DNA of 64,000 nt from a virus (Duplodnaviria > Caudoviricetes), in the IMG/VR virus record IMGVR_UViG_3300037313_001869, positions 1 through 64,000 of that record; one strand, 5' to 3'. A program made the position numbers and the translations under genes. Shown piece by piece: positions 1 to 9,399 of the stretch. The notes under the pieces are model-generated. The model was not told the origin of the DNA. It did no database searches and saw nothing but the letters and a program-made list of their open reading frames with translations. Within the stretch, counting starts at the first letter, position 1; the number at the start of each line of letters is the position of its first letter.

Positions 1-1
1 C

Positions 2-301
2 CTCTACCATGGACACGGGGCGAGGCTCCGTTGGGGCGTCTTCCGGGACATCGACGACGCAGGCGGAGAGACGATCACGGTCGTGTATATCGAGGCCGGC
101 GGACTCGTCTTCGGCGGAAACTTCGAGCCCTCGGTCGCCCCTACCTGGGTCTTCGTCGTCCGGATCGACGAGGACTACAGCGAGATCATGCGCGCTCTCT
201 TCGAGGTTCTGTTCTACGCCATGGGCTCGCACTTCAAGGTCTACGCCACCGAGTGGGCGAAGCACCGGATCCGGACCCCAACCCGCTTTGCGAGGGTGTG
301 A
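2..301 (+). CDS. hypothetical protein, 5'-partial, family A, C-terminal RF tag
   Basis: Frame open from window start; similar to 867-1310 (HGxRLRxG, ATEWAK); ends PTRFARV*. Confidence 0.8.
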   Translation, partial: LYHGHGARLRWGVFRDIDDAGGETITVVYIEAGGLVFGGNFEPSVAPTWVFVVRIDEDYSEIMRALFEVLFYAMGSHFKVYATEWAKHRIRTPTRFARV

Positions 302-870
302 TGCAGATCCTTCTCCCTTACCGGATGGATAACAGCGGCTCTGTCCGGGCCTATTACGCCATGGAAGGGGCACCCCTCTTCGATGTCGTGGAAGGGCGCG
401 GCATCGAGCTATGGGTACATGGGCTGCCCTCCAACCGGTGGCACCCCCCGAGCCTCGTTTTCGGCCGATCGAGCGTGACCCTTCGCCATGTGGGCGAGTC
501 CTGGGAGAGGGCCTCGGGAACGAACCTCAGCTCGGGGCTCTGGTACAAAAAAACCCTGCCCGAGTTCCCCTCTGACGCGGGCGAAGTGACGGCCGAAGTC
601 TACTACGCCGAGCGCTTTCTTCGGATCAATTTCAAGCGCCTTCCCATCCTGAGCTACACCGAGGTTCGCGACCCCCCTCCTCTGCCCGAGACGCGCTATC
701 GCTGGCTTATCGAGGTCCTACGCGGAGGGAACATGGGAGACAGCTTCTCCCTCGTGACCCATGTTTTCGTGGGCGAGCACCTGCTAGAGCCGCCGCCCCC
801 GTCGCCCCGACCCGGGCCCCCTGAGGGCCAGGCCCCCGCTGGCGGCTCCCGCTTCGAGAGGATCGAGTGA
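301..870 (+). CDS. hypothetical protein, RF tag
   Basis: TGATG coupling at 299-303; Pro-rich linker then SRFERIE*. Confidence 0.8.
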   Translation: MQILLPYRMDNSGSVRAYYAMEGAPLFDVVEGRGIELWVHGLPSNRWHPPSLVFGRSSVTLRHVGESWERASGTNLSSGLWYKKTLPEFPSDAGEVTAEVYYAERFLRINFKRLPILSYTEVRDPPPLPETRYRWLIEVLRGGNMGDSFSLVTHVFVGEHLLEPPPPSPRPGPPEGQAPAGGSRFERIE

Positions 871-1310
871 AAGTCACGTTTCATGACCTCGATCCGCCGC
901 CGTGGGTCGAGGACGTAGCCGCACAGATCGGCGTTGACCTGCGGGAGGGCCTCCCATGGCTCCCCATCGAGCGCCACGGTACGTTCTTTCTCTTCGGCCG
1001 TCACGGAATCCGTCTCAGGTACGGTCGGCTTGAGCTGTACGGCCAGGGTGGGGTCACCTTGATGCGAGAAAGCGTCTTCCGGGTCGAGGCCATCGAGGTC
1101 AACGGGGACGCGCCCTACGGTCGGGTGAGTGGTGTGGCCCAGAAGGCTTCGGACGTGACCTACACGGGCCCTCAGCACTACGGCGAGCTGTGCGAGGCGG
1201 CCTTCGAGCGCCTCTTCTTCTACGTGATGCGGTTCTCGAACCACGCGACCGAGTGGGCCAAGGGTCGGCGGTTCGTGCTCAGCCGGTTCGATCGCGGCGA
1301 GCCGGTGTAG
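867..1310 (+). CDS. hypothetical protein, family A, RF tag
   Basis: GTGA overlap; LREGLPWL; ends SRFDRGEPV*. Confidence 0.85.
   Translation: MKVTFHDLDPPPWVEDVAAQIGVDLREGLPWLPIERHGTFFLFGRHGIRLRYGRLELYGQGGVTLMRESVFRVEAIEVNGDAPYGRVSGVAQKASDVTYTGPQHYGELCEAAFERLFFYVMRFSNHATEWAKGRRFVLSRFDRGEPV
1304..1309 (+). promoter_or_regulatory. GGTGTA promoter-like motif (representative of about 28 copies)
   Basis: 9 nt before ATG 1319; same motif recurs 9-14 nt before start codons window-wide (positions listed in findings). Confidence 0.75.
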
Positions 1311-1318
1311 CTAGAGCC

Positions 1319-1882
1319 ATGACCCGATCGGCCCTGCTTTGCGAGCACGCCAACGAGATGCCGCACGAGTGCCCGTGCGACCTCGACTGTTACTGCAAGG
1401 AGCACGCCTGTGCCTCCCCGAGTCGGAACGCCAGGTACCCGGTGCCTGGCCCTAATGTAGCCGACCGCAAGGTGGGCACCTCGCCCGACCTCAGCGAAGA
1501 GGTCGTGTGGGACCGGTTTCTGGCGCAGGTCGAGAAGGACCTTCGGGTGGGCGTGCCCTACCTCCGGGTCAAGCGAGAGGACAACGTCTTTTTCTGGAAG
1601 ACGGCCTACGCAGCGTGGGGCATCCGTATCGTGCCTGAGCAGCGGCAGGGGCTCGACCTCCGGGTGGAGGAGGTCTGGCTCCGGAACGGCGGGGGGTGGG
1701 AGTGGAACCACGCGACCCCGACCTACGTTCCCTATCCCCAAGGCGCCGAGGGCTACACCTCGGTCTTCGTGGTCATCTGGGACTCGGTCTTCAACCTGCT
1801 TCGAGGGAGCATGGGCTCCATCACCCGGGCGTGGGCACACACCCGGACCATGCCCGCCCCCAACCGTTTCGATCGGATCTAG
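1319..1882 (+). CDS. hypothetical protein, Cys-rich N-terminus plus family A domain, RF tag
   Basis: CEHANEMPHECPCDLDCYCKEHAC; LRVGVPYL; ends NRFDRI*. Confidence 0.8.
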   Translation: MTRSALLCEHANEMPHECPCDLDCYCKEHACASPSRNARYPVPGPNVADRKVGTSPDLSEEVVWDRFLAQVEKDLRVGVPYLRVKREDNVFFWKTAYAAWGIRIVPEQRQGLDLRVEEVWLRNGGGWEWNHATPTYVPYPQGAEGYTSVFVVIWDSVFNLLRGSMGSITRAWAHTRTMPAPNRFDRI

Positions 1883-1885
1883 GAC

Positions 1886-1914
1886 GGAAAAGTCGAGGCT
1901 CTCTGGTCGTCTTC
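1886..1914 (+). promoter_or_regulatory. GGAAAA-N16-CGTC promoter-like element
   Basis: Intergenic; exact 16-nt spacer as at 9 other sites. Confidence 0.55.
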
Positions 1915-1961
1915 TCGGAAAGTTCTTTTGAGCCTCTCCGAAGGTAGGAGCACGACCCGTC

Positions 1962-2852
1962 ATGAGCATGGCCGAGCGCATCGCGAACAGGTGGCAGAAG
2001 AAGGCTGGCCCGAGGAAGAAGGCGCCGCCGCCTGCTCCGGCCCCTACGAGCCGGAGCGTCCCGCCGCTGCTCATCGCCTTGGTCGAGAAGTTCGTGCTCC
2101 CCCGCAAGAACGAGATCCTGAACGGCATCGCGAGCGAGTCGGAGCTGAAGAGCTGGGCCGAGGAGTGGATCGAAGAGGGCAAGAGCCCCGAAGAGGCGTA
2201 CGGGCTGATTCGCGAGCGCTGCATCGAGATCATCAACGACGACCCGGACCAGCTCGCAGGCGGCATGAACCGCGAGACCGCTGCTGAGGTTCTCTACGAC
2301 CTGCTCGCGCCGCAGTTCCCCGGCTGGTCGACGTTCGATGTCGAGATCAAGTCGTTCCGCCCGCAGAGGGACTCGATCGAGATCCGCTTCGTTGTCTGGG
2401 GCGAGGGCATCGACGGGCCGCCCGAGGCGGACAACCCCGACACGATGGCCAACGTCGCTTACGACGTGGACGAGAAGGTCAAGAAGGCGTACGGCGGCAA
2501 GATCAACTGGATGCGCGATGGGATGGAGAAGGGCACCTTCGGCGACCTGGCCTACACCTACGACACGAGTTGGGAAGGTACCTTCCCGGCCGGCGTGGTC
2601 TTCGAGCGGCTCTTCGGCAAGGACCTCGACGCCCGGCTGAAGAAGGCCGTGGGCATCCAGGCCGAGGCGGAGGCCAAGGAGGCGGCGAAGAAGCTCGCCG
2701 AGGCGGCCAAGAAGGCCCAGGAGACCCTCTCGGCGGCCCTGTCCGAGGCCGAGGGGCTCTCGGCCTCGCCTGCGGGGGCTCAGGCCCTCGCTCAGGCCAA
2801 GCAGGCAGCCGAGGCCCTTTCGGCGCTCGTCTCCCGCCTCGGTTCGGTCTGA
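1962..2852 (+). CDS. hypothetical protein, possible virion protein
   Basis: 296 aa, strong GC3 bias, AGGAG upstream, N-terminal MAERIANRWQKKA, Ala-rich helical C-terminus. Confidence 0.85.
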   Translation: MSMAERIANRWQKKAGPRKKAPPPAPAPTSRSVPPLLIALVEKFVLPRKNEILNGIASESELKSWAEEWIEEGKSPEEAYGLIRERCIEIINDDPDQLAGGMNRETAAEVLYDLLAPQFPGWSTFDVEIKSFRPQRDSIEIRFVVWGEGIDGPPEADNPDTMANVAYDVDEKVKKAYGGKINWMRDGMEKGTFGDLAYTYDTSWEGTFPAGVVFERLFGKDLDARLKKAVGIQAEAEAKEAAKKLAEAAKKAQETLSAALSEAEGLSASPAGAQALAQAKQAAEALSALVSRLGSV

Positions 2853-3562
2853 TGTACTCCTACGACCGGCGCAAGCTGGCGGGCCGGGCCATTAAGATCG
2901 ACACCCGGGCTCTCTCGGCCCTGGCCGAGCAGCTCCTCGACGAGGCCATCGAGACGCTTACGAAAAGACAAGAGCTGTCCGAGCCCATCGGCACGCACGA
3001 GGATCTGGCCGTCGGTGAGTGGGAGGGCCAGCGAGCCCGCGGGGGCGTGGTCATCGTCCGGGTCTCCATCGGCTCTCGCCCCGCAAACACTCTGAAGCGG
3101 GTGGCGGGCGGGCACTTTCAGGAAGGGACCGAGCGACGACTCCCTCGAATCGTGCTCTACCTGAACGGAGGCTGGGATCTCTCGGAGCTTGTGGACAACA
3201 AGTACGAGTTTCTCCGGCCCCTGGCGAGCAACCTCTTCCATGAGGCGACGCACGCGGCCGACGTGATCCCGGAAGGGGACTTGCACGGTTCGGACGCTCC
3301 GGCCGAGGACTACTACAACCAGCCGGTCGAGGTTCGAGCCTACGGCCGGCAGGTGCTTCAAGAGGTCCTGACCCATCTCAAGGTCCACCGGAGCACGCTG
3401 CGGGGAAAGCCCGTCGAGCTGACCGGGCCGCTCATCGAGAAGCTTCTCGCGAAGTCTGAGCGTTGGCGCGAGATCGAACCCCACCTCACCAGGCAGAGTC
3501 AAGCGGTCATCCGGCGCATGATCGCCCGGGAGCTGGAAGAGTTCCTGAAGCCCGCGGTGTAG
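2852..3562 (+). CDS. HExxH zinc metallopeptidase-like protein
   Basis: FHEATH plus downstream YYNQPVEVRAY; begins MYSYDRR; TGATG coupling. Confidence 0.7.
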   Translation: MYSYDRRKLAGRAIKIDTRALSALAEQLLDEAIETLTKRQELSEPIGTHEDLAVGEWEGQRARGGVVIVRVSIGSRPANTLKRVAGGHFQEGTERRLPRIVLYLNGGWDLSELVDNKYEFLRPLASNLFHEATHAADVIPEGDLHGSDAPAEDYYNQPVEVRAYGRQVLQEVLTHLKVHRSTLRGKPVELTGPLIEKLLAKSERWREIEPHLTRQSQAVIRRMIARELEEFLKPAV

Positions 3563-3572
3563 ACTAGGGGGC

Positions 3573-3995
3573 ATGGAGGCCCTCGGGTTTGACGCGACGG
3601 AAGAGCGGATCTGTCTTCGGGCGGTAGAGCTGCTCCGGGCGGCCTTGCCCTTCACCCAGGCCACGGCCGAGGTGAGACACGGGTGGGTGTACGTCTGGGC
3701 CTTCGAGGCCAATGTCGCTTCGGTGCGGTTCGGCTTCGTGCCCGGCCGGCGCAAGCTCATCTTCTACTCGATGCGCGAAGGCAAGGACGGCGAAGAGATC
3801 GACTCCTACTTTTACGATCTGGCCCGGCCGAGTGAGCACGTCTGGCGCATCGCCACGAAACTCCGGTCGGCGCTCTGGGCCAGCGCCCCTCCGATGCGAT
3901 GGGAGGCGTACCTCGACATGGCCATTGTCGACACGGCGAAAGAGGGCGACTTCGGATTTCGCCCCGGCACGCGCTACGACAAGGTGATCGAATGA
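3573..3995 (+). CDS. hypothetical protein, family A-like, RF tag
   Basis: GGTGTA at 3556; LRAALPF; ends TRYDKVIE*. Confidence 0.8.
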   Translation: MEALGFDATEERICLRAVELLRAALPFTQATAEVRHGWVYVWAFEANVASVRFGFVPGRRKLIFYSMREGKDGEEIDSYFYDLARPSEHVWRIATKLRSALWASAPPMRWEAYLDMAIVDTAKEGDFGFRPGTRYDKVIE

Positions 3996-4369
3996 GCCCC
4001 GAAGAGCGCGCCCAGGTCTTTCGGATCGAGGCTATCGATCGGCTCGTGCTCGGTGCCCCTTGGCTTCCTCGCGACGAGTTCTTCTGGGAAGGCGAGACGT
4101 TCCGGGTACGGGGCTCCCTTACGGGGCTCTATGTGCATTTCAGCTCCGCTACGATCGAAATCCACGAGCACCTTGCAGGTCAACGTCCCGGGCGAAATTC
4201 GCTTGTGACCATCCTCTACCGTGAACCCTGGTTCGGCGAGGTATTCGGGGATTTTTGGCGCCTATTCTGGCGCTATTACGGCAACTTCGTTGCTGAGTAT
4301 GGCTGGGGTTGGGCTCGCACTCAGGTTGTCCTGTCGAAAACCGAGGGCACGCGCTACGACAAGGTGTAA
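3992..4369 (+). CDS. hypothetical protein, family A, RF tag
   Basis: ATGA overlap; LVLGAPWL; ends TRYDKV*. Confidence 0.8.
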   Translation: MSPEERAQVFRIEAIDRLVLGAPWLPRDEFFWEGETFRVRGSLTGLYVHFSSATIEIHEHLAGQRPGRNSLVTILYREPWFGEVFGDFWRLFWRYYGNFVAEYGWGWARTQVVLSKTEGTRYDKV

Positions 4370-4377
4370 GGGGCCTC

Positions 4378-4569
4378 ATGCGCAAGAAGCCCATGTGCGT
4401 TCAGCATCGCGGGGGTTGGTGTGCTCTCGCTCCCGGGGCTCAGCTCGACCCCACCGTGACCCGTGACCCGACGCTTTGTGGCTACGTGGTCATGCTCAGG
4501 TCGGGGTCCGAGCGGCGCGATCCGACGTGCCTCGACTGCATCGCCAAGATGAAGGAGCAGACCAAATGA
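4378..4569 (+). CDS. small Cys-rich protein
   Basis: GGTGTA at 4363; TLCG...TCLDC; ATGA overlap with next gene. Confidence 0.7.
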   Translation: MRKKPMCVQHRGGWCALAPGAQLDPTVTRDPTLCGYVVMLRSGSERRDPTCLDCIAKMKEQTK

Positions 4570-5726
4570 AAATCGTCTACGCCCACGAGCCCTTTCCCGA
4601 TCAGGTCCAGAAGACCATCTTTCTCGCCGGCCCTTCCCCCCGGGGCGAGAGCGACGCCAACTGGCGCCCCGCTGCCCTCAAGATGCTCGAAGAGCTGGGC
4701 TTCGACGGCCACGTCTTCGTGCCCCTGCCCCGCGACGGCGTGTGGTCGAACAACTACGACGGGCAGGTGGCGTGGGAGGAGGAGGGCCTCCACCGGGCCG
4801 ACTGCATCGTGTTCTGGGTGCCCCGTGACCAGGAGAAGCTGCCCGGCTTCACGACCAACGACGAGTGGGGCTACTGGAAGGACTCGGGCAAGGTCGTGTG
4901 GGGGGCGCCGCCCCAGGCGCACAAGGTCCGCTACCAGAGCTACTACGCGAAGAAGTTCGGGGCCCCGGCCGAGACGACCCTGCGCGAGACCCTCTCCCGG
5001 GCCCTCACCATGATCGGCCCCGGCGCCGACCGGCAGGGCGGAGAGTGCCAGGTACCTTTGCTCATCTGGAACCACAAGACCTTCCAGGGCTGGTACCGGA
5101 GGCAGGTCGAGGCGGGCAACCGGCTCGACGGGGCACGGGTGCTCTGGACCTTCCGCGTCGGACCCACCCGTCAGATGGTCCTCGCCTTCACCCTGCGCGT
5201 GAACGTCTTCGTCGCCTCGGAGAACCGGAACAAGAAGAACGAGTTCGTCTTCGGCAGGACCGATCTCGCGGCGGCCGTGCTCTGGTCCCGGGGCTCGACG
5301 CTGGGCCTCTCCCGCATCGCCATGGTCCGGGAGTTCCGCTCCCCGGCCCGCACCTCCGACGGCATGATCCACGAGCTTCCGAGCGGCAGCAGCAAGAACA
5401 CCGAGGAGGCGACCCGCACGGTCATCGCCAAGGAGATCGAGGAAGAGCTGGGGCTCAAGGTCAACCCCGAGAACTTGCAGTTCTTCGCCGAGCGGCAGAT
5501 GGCCGGCACGCTTTCGATTCACACGGCCTCGCTCTTCTCGCTTCAGCTCTCGAACGAGGAGATGGACAAGCTCGCCACCGTGGCCAGCGAGGGCAAGTCG
5601 TTCGGCGTCGAGAGCGAGACCGAGCGCACCTACGTCGAGGTCCGGACGGTCGAGAACATCCTCGCCGACACCGAGATCGACTGGGCCACGGTCGGTATGG
5701 TTGCGTCGATCTTCTACGCCCCCTAA
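4566..5726 (+). CDS. nucleoside 2-deoxyribosyltransferase-like / NUDIX hydrolase fusion
   Basis: N-domain IFLAGP..W..WEEEGL..ADCIVFWVPR..PGFTTNDEWG; C-domain VREFRSPA..ELPSG..KEIEEELG (NUDIX-like box). Confidence 0.85.
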   Translation: MKIVYAHEPFPDQVQKTIFLAGPSPRGESDANWRPAALKMLEELGFDGHVFVPLPRDGVWSNNYDGQVAWEEEGLHRADCIVFWVPRDQEKLPGFTTNDEWGYWKDSGKVVWGAPPQAHKVRYQSYYAKKFGAPAETTLRETLSRALTMIGPGADRQGGECQVPLLIWNHKTFQGWYRRQVEAGNRLDGARVLWTFRVGPTRQMVLAFTLRVNVFVASENRNKKNEFVFGRTDLAAAVLWSRGSTLGLSRIAMVREFRSPARTSDGMIHELPSGSSKNTEEATRTVIAKEIEEELGLKVNPENLQFFAERQMAGTLSIHTASLFSLQLSNEEMDKLATVASEGKSFGVESETERTYVEVRTVENILADTEIDWATVGMVASIFYAP

Positions 5727-5735
5727 GGGCTCGTC

Positions 5736-6176
5736 ATGCGGGACGAGAACGTCCAGACGCTCTATGACCTCGTCGAGCTGATCTACGAGGCCCTGCCTTT
5801 CCTCCAGAAGGGCGACGTGACCTACCGCCCTCACGACAACGAGGAGGTGGGTGACGTTGTCCTCCGGGGCCGGACGATAGAGCTTCAGGTCAACTTCTCC
5901 GACGAGCGTGTGCTCACGGGGATCTTGGGCGTTTACGACAGCACGGGCTTCGTCCCTGCGGAGCCCGACGAGGGGAGCTTCATCATCCTACGCGACTATC
6001 GGACGCAGGCCGAGTGGTTCTGCGACCTCGTCCGCCACACGGTCGCGACCTGTCTCCTCGGCTACGCCCCGGTCATGTTCGGAGACGCGCTCCAGGCTTG
6101 GGCTCAGGCCCGTACCGCTGCCTACAGCCCTGGCCCGACCCGTCCACGCTACGACCGCCTTGGAGAGGCCCTGTGA
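5736..6176 (+). CDS. hypothetical protein, family A, RF tag
   Basis: IYEALPFL; AWAQAR; ends PRYDRLGEAL*. Confidence 0.8.
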   Translation: MRDENVQTLYDLVELIYEALPFLQKGDVTYRPHDNEEVGDVVLRGRTIELQVNFSDERVLTGILGVYDSTGFVPAEPDEGSFIILRDYRTQAEWFCDLVRHTVATCLLGYAPVMFGDALQAWAQARTAAYSPGPTRPRYDRLGEAL

Positions 6177-6685
6177 GGGTGACCTTCTGGGCGCGCGAGG
6201 ACGGATCGCCCCGCCCGCTGCGGGGCGAGGTGACGTTCGACGCGGAGTATTACCCTGAGGGGCTCGCCGTGCGGGTTGAGGTGGGACCGGACCAAATACC
6301 GGAGATCCTGTCCGATCTCTCTATCCCAGGGATCGCGCCCGGCATCGAGCAAGACCTCTTGCTCCCGCGGCCCCCTCTCTTCGAGCCGAGCCCTTCGTTT
6401 TATGGCGCCCGCATCGCAACCTTCCGGGTACCTCTGCCCGAGGGAACGGCGTTCTTTCGGCAGTACGATGTCTCTGTAGCAGGGGTTACGAGCAGCTTTA
6501 TCGTTCGCCGGACGCAAACGAGGGATGGTCGGCTCCGCTACTCGGTCGGCGTCGGCTATACCCGGGTCTTCATGCCCTTCAACTTTCCTACGATACAATC
6601 CCCGCCCGAGCTGCCCCCACCCTCCGAGCCCAGCACGGCCCCTTCGCGGTTCGAGCGTCTCTCGGAAGACGAGGAAAAAATCTAG
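6173..6685 (+). CDS. hypothetical protein, RF tag
   Basis: GTGA overlap; Pro linker; SRFERLSEDEEKI*. Confidence 0.75.
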   Translation: MRVTFWAREDGSPRPLRGEVTFDAEYYPEGLAVRVEVGPDQIPEILSDLSIPGIAPGIEQDLLLPRPPLFEPSPSFYGARIATFRVPLPEGTAFFRQYDVSVAGVTSSFIVRRTQTRDGRLRYSVGVGYTRVFMPFNFPTIQSPPELPPPSEPSTAPSRFERLSEDEEKI

Positions 6686-6706
6686 GCAACCGGTGTAGTG
6701 GGGGCC

Positions 6707-7219
6707 ATGCCGGACGATTTCATCGACGACTTCGAGCGCCCCCAAGGCGTGCTTGATCCGTCGCCTGCCCCCACCGTCTCTGACCTCGATGAGGAGTGGC
6801 AGCGGGTGCGGGGGGTCCCGGAGTATCTCTACGTGGCTCGCGCCGGCTTCAGCTTCGACGACATGCACGTTGAAAAAGTGCGGATCTTCGGCGTCCGGAA
6901 GGTGCGGGGCCGCTGGCATTATCTCTACCAGCACGAGGCGTACGTCTACAAGGGCCCGAGGTACAAGCCTTCGCCGAGTAAGGACCTCCAACAGCGGTAC
7001 ATTGGCGAGGTGAAGAGCTTCGTCCCTACGATCGAAGAGGCTCTGATCCAGGTCGAGGCGTTTCGCCAGCGGCACATCGAGTCCATGGAGAACCACCTCG
7101 CCTACACCCGCCAGCAGATCGCCAAGAGGCTGCAAGTCGTCGCTGACTGTGAGGAGCGCCTCCGGCAGTCTCGGATCATCCGGCGTGAAGACCTGCTCAC
7201 CGACAAGGACGCCCCCTGA
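6707..7219 (+). CDS. hypothetical protein
   Basis: GGTGTA at 6692; coiled-coil-like C-terminus. Confidence 0.8.
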   Translation: MPDDFIDDFERPQGVLDPSPAPTVSDLDEEWQRVRGVPEYLYVARAGFSFDDMHVEKVRIFGVRKVRGRWHYLYQHEAYVYKGPRYKPSPSKDLQQRYIGEVKSFVPTIEEALIQVEAFRQRHIESMENHLAYTRQQIAKRLQVVADCEERLRQSRIIRREDLLTDKDAP

Positions 7220-7647
7220 TGCTCGTGCGCTTCTTCTTGAAAAACTCGATCGTCTACCGGGGCGCGTGCTTCTTCTACCCCGACGAGGCGAAGGGCCGGC
7301 TCGAAGTCATCGTCAACGAGGGGCGCGAGAAGGACGAGGCCCGGGTTACGGTCTGGGTCGGGCCCGAGATCGTCTCGACGGCCACGTCCTACGTGAGCCC
7401 GAAGGGCTTTCACCGCTACCCCATCTGCCTTCCCGACTCGTCCCGGCAGGACGCGATGTTCTCGGGCTTTCAGGTGCAGGTAGCGGACCAAGGCCGCACG
7501 GGCAGCCTCATCTGCAAGCGCTTCGAGATGGACGGGTGGGTCTTCGAGGCGAAGGACAACCGGGTCTTCGTCGCCTACCACGAGCTAGAGCTGGATCTAC
7601 GCACCTCCGACGCCAAGCCCGAAACCTCTCGTTACGACAGGTTCTAG
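7219..7647 (+). CDS. hypothetical protein, RF tag
   Basis: TGATG coupling; ends SRYDRF*. Confidence 0.8.
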   Translation: MLVRFFLKNSIVYRGACFFYPDEAKGRLEVIVNEGREKDEARVTVWVGPEIVSTATSYVSPKGFHRYPICLPDSSRQDAMFSGFQVQVADQGRTGSLICKRFEMDGWVFEAKDNRVFVAYHELELDLRTSDAKPETSRYDRF

Positions 7648-7650
7648 CCC

Positions 7651-7995
7651 ATGGCAGACACCTACTTCTCCCTCGACAACCTCTTTCGGGACATGCAAGA
7701 GCACATGAGCCGGCACGACCACGAGGTGCTGGGCTACGACGATCCGAACCAAGAGATCGTGGGCTTCGGGTGCGGGGCCGACTGCGACCTCTACAAGGCG
7801 GCGTGGCGCATCAAGTTGCTCGACCTTCATCAGGTGCCAGGCAACCGCGAGTCGACGTGGTACCAAGAGATGCAGACCTCCGCGGGTCGGGTCGCGCTCG
7901 CTCACAAGCTCAACAACCAGCTTCGGTCCGGTCGTCCTTTCCCCACGTTCGGAGCCGAAACGCCTAGCCGTTTCGACCGAGAGGAGCCTATCTGA
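7651..7995 (+). CDS. family B putative Zn-binding protein, RF tag
   Basis: EH-x5-H, DD, GFGCGADC, AGR..LN; ends SRFDREEPI*. Confidence 0.85.
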   Translation: MADTYFSLDNLFRDMQEHMSRHDHEVLGYDDPNQEIVGFGCGADCDLYKAAWRIKLLDLHQVPGNRESTWYQEMQTSAGRVALAHKLNNQLRSGRPFPTFGAETPSRFDREEPI

Positions 7996-8405
7996 TGGCC
8001 ACGTACGTTTACGTTGACCTCTTGCTGGGCGAGGTTTTCGAGCACGTCTCGCGGACCGGGCACCAGATCGTTTCTTCCGACAACTACACCTCCTACGACG
8101 TTGGGTTTGCTTGCACGAGCTGCCCGAACATAGACTGGGTCATCTCCTACCGGGACGTGAAGCACGGGCCAGAGAACGAGAGGAGCATGTGGCGTAACCC
8201 CCTGCTCACGGGCGCGGGACGGAGGGAGCTTGTCAACCGCCTGAACCGCATCGATCGGGCGAAGTTGGCCAACATGACCTTCAGCCAGTACACCATTCTG
8301 GACAGGAAAGATCGGCTTCTGCCTGCCTCAGCCCGGGCAAGGACAACCCTGAGAAGGGCCGTTCGGGTCCTACCCACCCGCTTCGAGCGCGAAGATCCGG
8401 TGTAG
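7995..8405 (+). CDS. family B putative Zn-binding protein, RF tag
   Basis: EH-x5-H, GFACTSC, AGR..LN; ends TRFEREDPV*. Confidence 0.85.
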   Translation: MATYVYVDLLLGEVFEHVSRTGHQIVSSDNYTSYDVGFACTSCPNIDWVISYRDVKHGPENERSMWRNPLLTGAGRRELVNRLNRIDRAKLANMTFSQYTILDRKDRLLPASARARTTLRRAVRVLPTRFEREDPV

Positions 8406-8414
8406 GCTTTGCCC

Positions 8415-8939
8415 ATGCCCGAGTACCTGTCGATCCGAGAGATGACCTCGGCCGTTCGTCAGCACGTCTTCGACACCCGGCACGAGGTCCTTCAGGATGA
8501 TGACCTCCGATTTCAGACGATCGGCTACACCTGTGCCGACTGTGACGAGGTCAGAGAGGGCTGGTACGTCCCCCTGGCTGCCCTTCGCGTCGACACCGAC
8601 CCCATCGCCCACCAGTTCCGGTCCACGATTCTGCGTTCGGCCGCCGCGCGAGACCAGTTTCTTGCGTACCTGAACGAGGGCGCCGAGAACCGCTTCTTCG
8701 AGGGCAGGGGCACCGACGTAACCGGCTCGCTGGAGTCCTACCAGGACGATGCCGTTCCCGAGGAGATCCGCGCTCTCAGCCGGCTCTTCGACACGTCCAC
8801 GGTCGAGGCTCGCGCCAAGCACGAGAAAGAGTGGCTCGCCGGGCAGACGAGGCAGGCCGAGGAGCAGAAGAGGCAAGCCGAAGAGCAACGAAGGCGGGCC
8901 ATCCCGACCCGCTTCGACCGAGACCCCTTCGAGGAGTAG
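8415..8939 (+). CDS. family B putative Zn-binding protein, RF tag
   Basis: GGTGTA at 8399; QH-x5-H, GYTCADC; ends TRFDRDPFEE*. Confidence 0.85.
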   Translation: MPEYLSIREMTSAVRQHVFDTRHEVLQDDDLRFQTIGYTCADCDEVREGWYVPLAALRVDTDPIAHQFRSTILRSAAARDQFLAYLNEGAENRFFEGRGTDVTGSLESYQDDAVPEEIRALSRLFDTSTVEARAKHEKEWLAGQTRQAEEQKRQAEEQRRRAIPTRFDRDPFEE

Positions 8940-8945
8940 CGACCC

Positions 8946-9347
8946 ATGACCGAGCCCGAGTTTCTCGCGCTTCGCGAGGCCATCTTGAACGTCATCAAGC
9001 GGGCCTTCCCGTTCTGGACGGGCGCGTATTTCTCGTTCGACGGTATTCTGGTCGCGGGCGTCGACCGGCCTTCGCTCGTTGTTCAGCAGTGGTACGATGC
9101 GGTCCGCTTCTCCCAGTGTACCCTGCCCTCTCAGGTCGAGGTTGTCTGCACGGTTCCCATTGTGGGTGACTGGAGGGACCACCCCGAGGCGCTCGCCCGG
9201 GGGCTCTGGGATTCGCTCCAGGAGGTCTATGGAGGGCGGACTCTCACTTCCGCGACCTCCCTCGCCTGGTTCGCTTCCGAGTTCCGCAAGGAGTTCTTCG
9301 GCGCCGACGTTCCGGCCGACAACCGCTACGCGCGCCTTCGTTCCTGA
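8946..9347 (+). CDS. hypothetical protein, family A-like, RF tag
   Basis: IKRAFPFW; ends NRYARLRS*. Confidence 0.75.
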   Translation: MTEPEFLALREAILNVIKRAFPFWTGAYFSFDGILVAGVDRPSLVVQQWYDAVRFSQCTLPSQVEVVCTVPIVGDWRDHPEALARGLWDSLQEVYGGRTLTSATSLAWFASEFRKEFFGADVPADNRYARLRS

Positions 9348-9351
9348 GTTT

Positions 9352-9386
9352 GGAAAAAGCCCGGGGTCTCGGTCGTCTTCGGTGTA
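9352..9386 (+). promoter_or_regulatory. tandem GGAAAA-N16-CGTC and GGTGTA elements
   Basis: GGAAAA 9352, CGTCTTC 9374, GGTGTA 9381, ATG 9400. Confidence 0.6.
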
Positions 9387-9399
9387 GGAACCTACCCCG

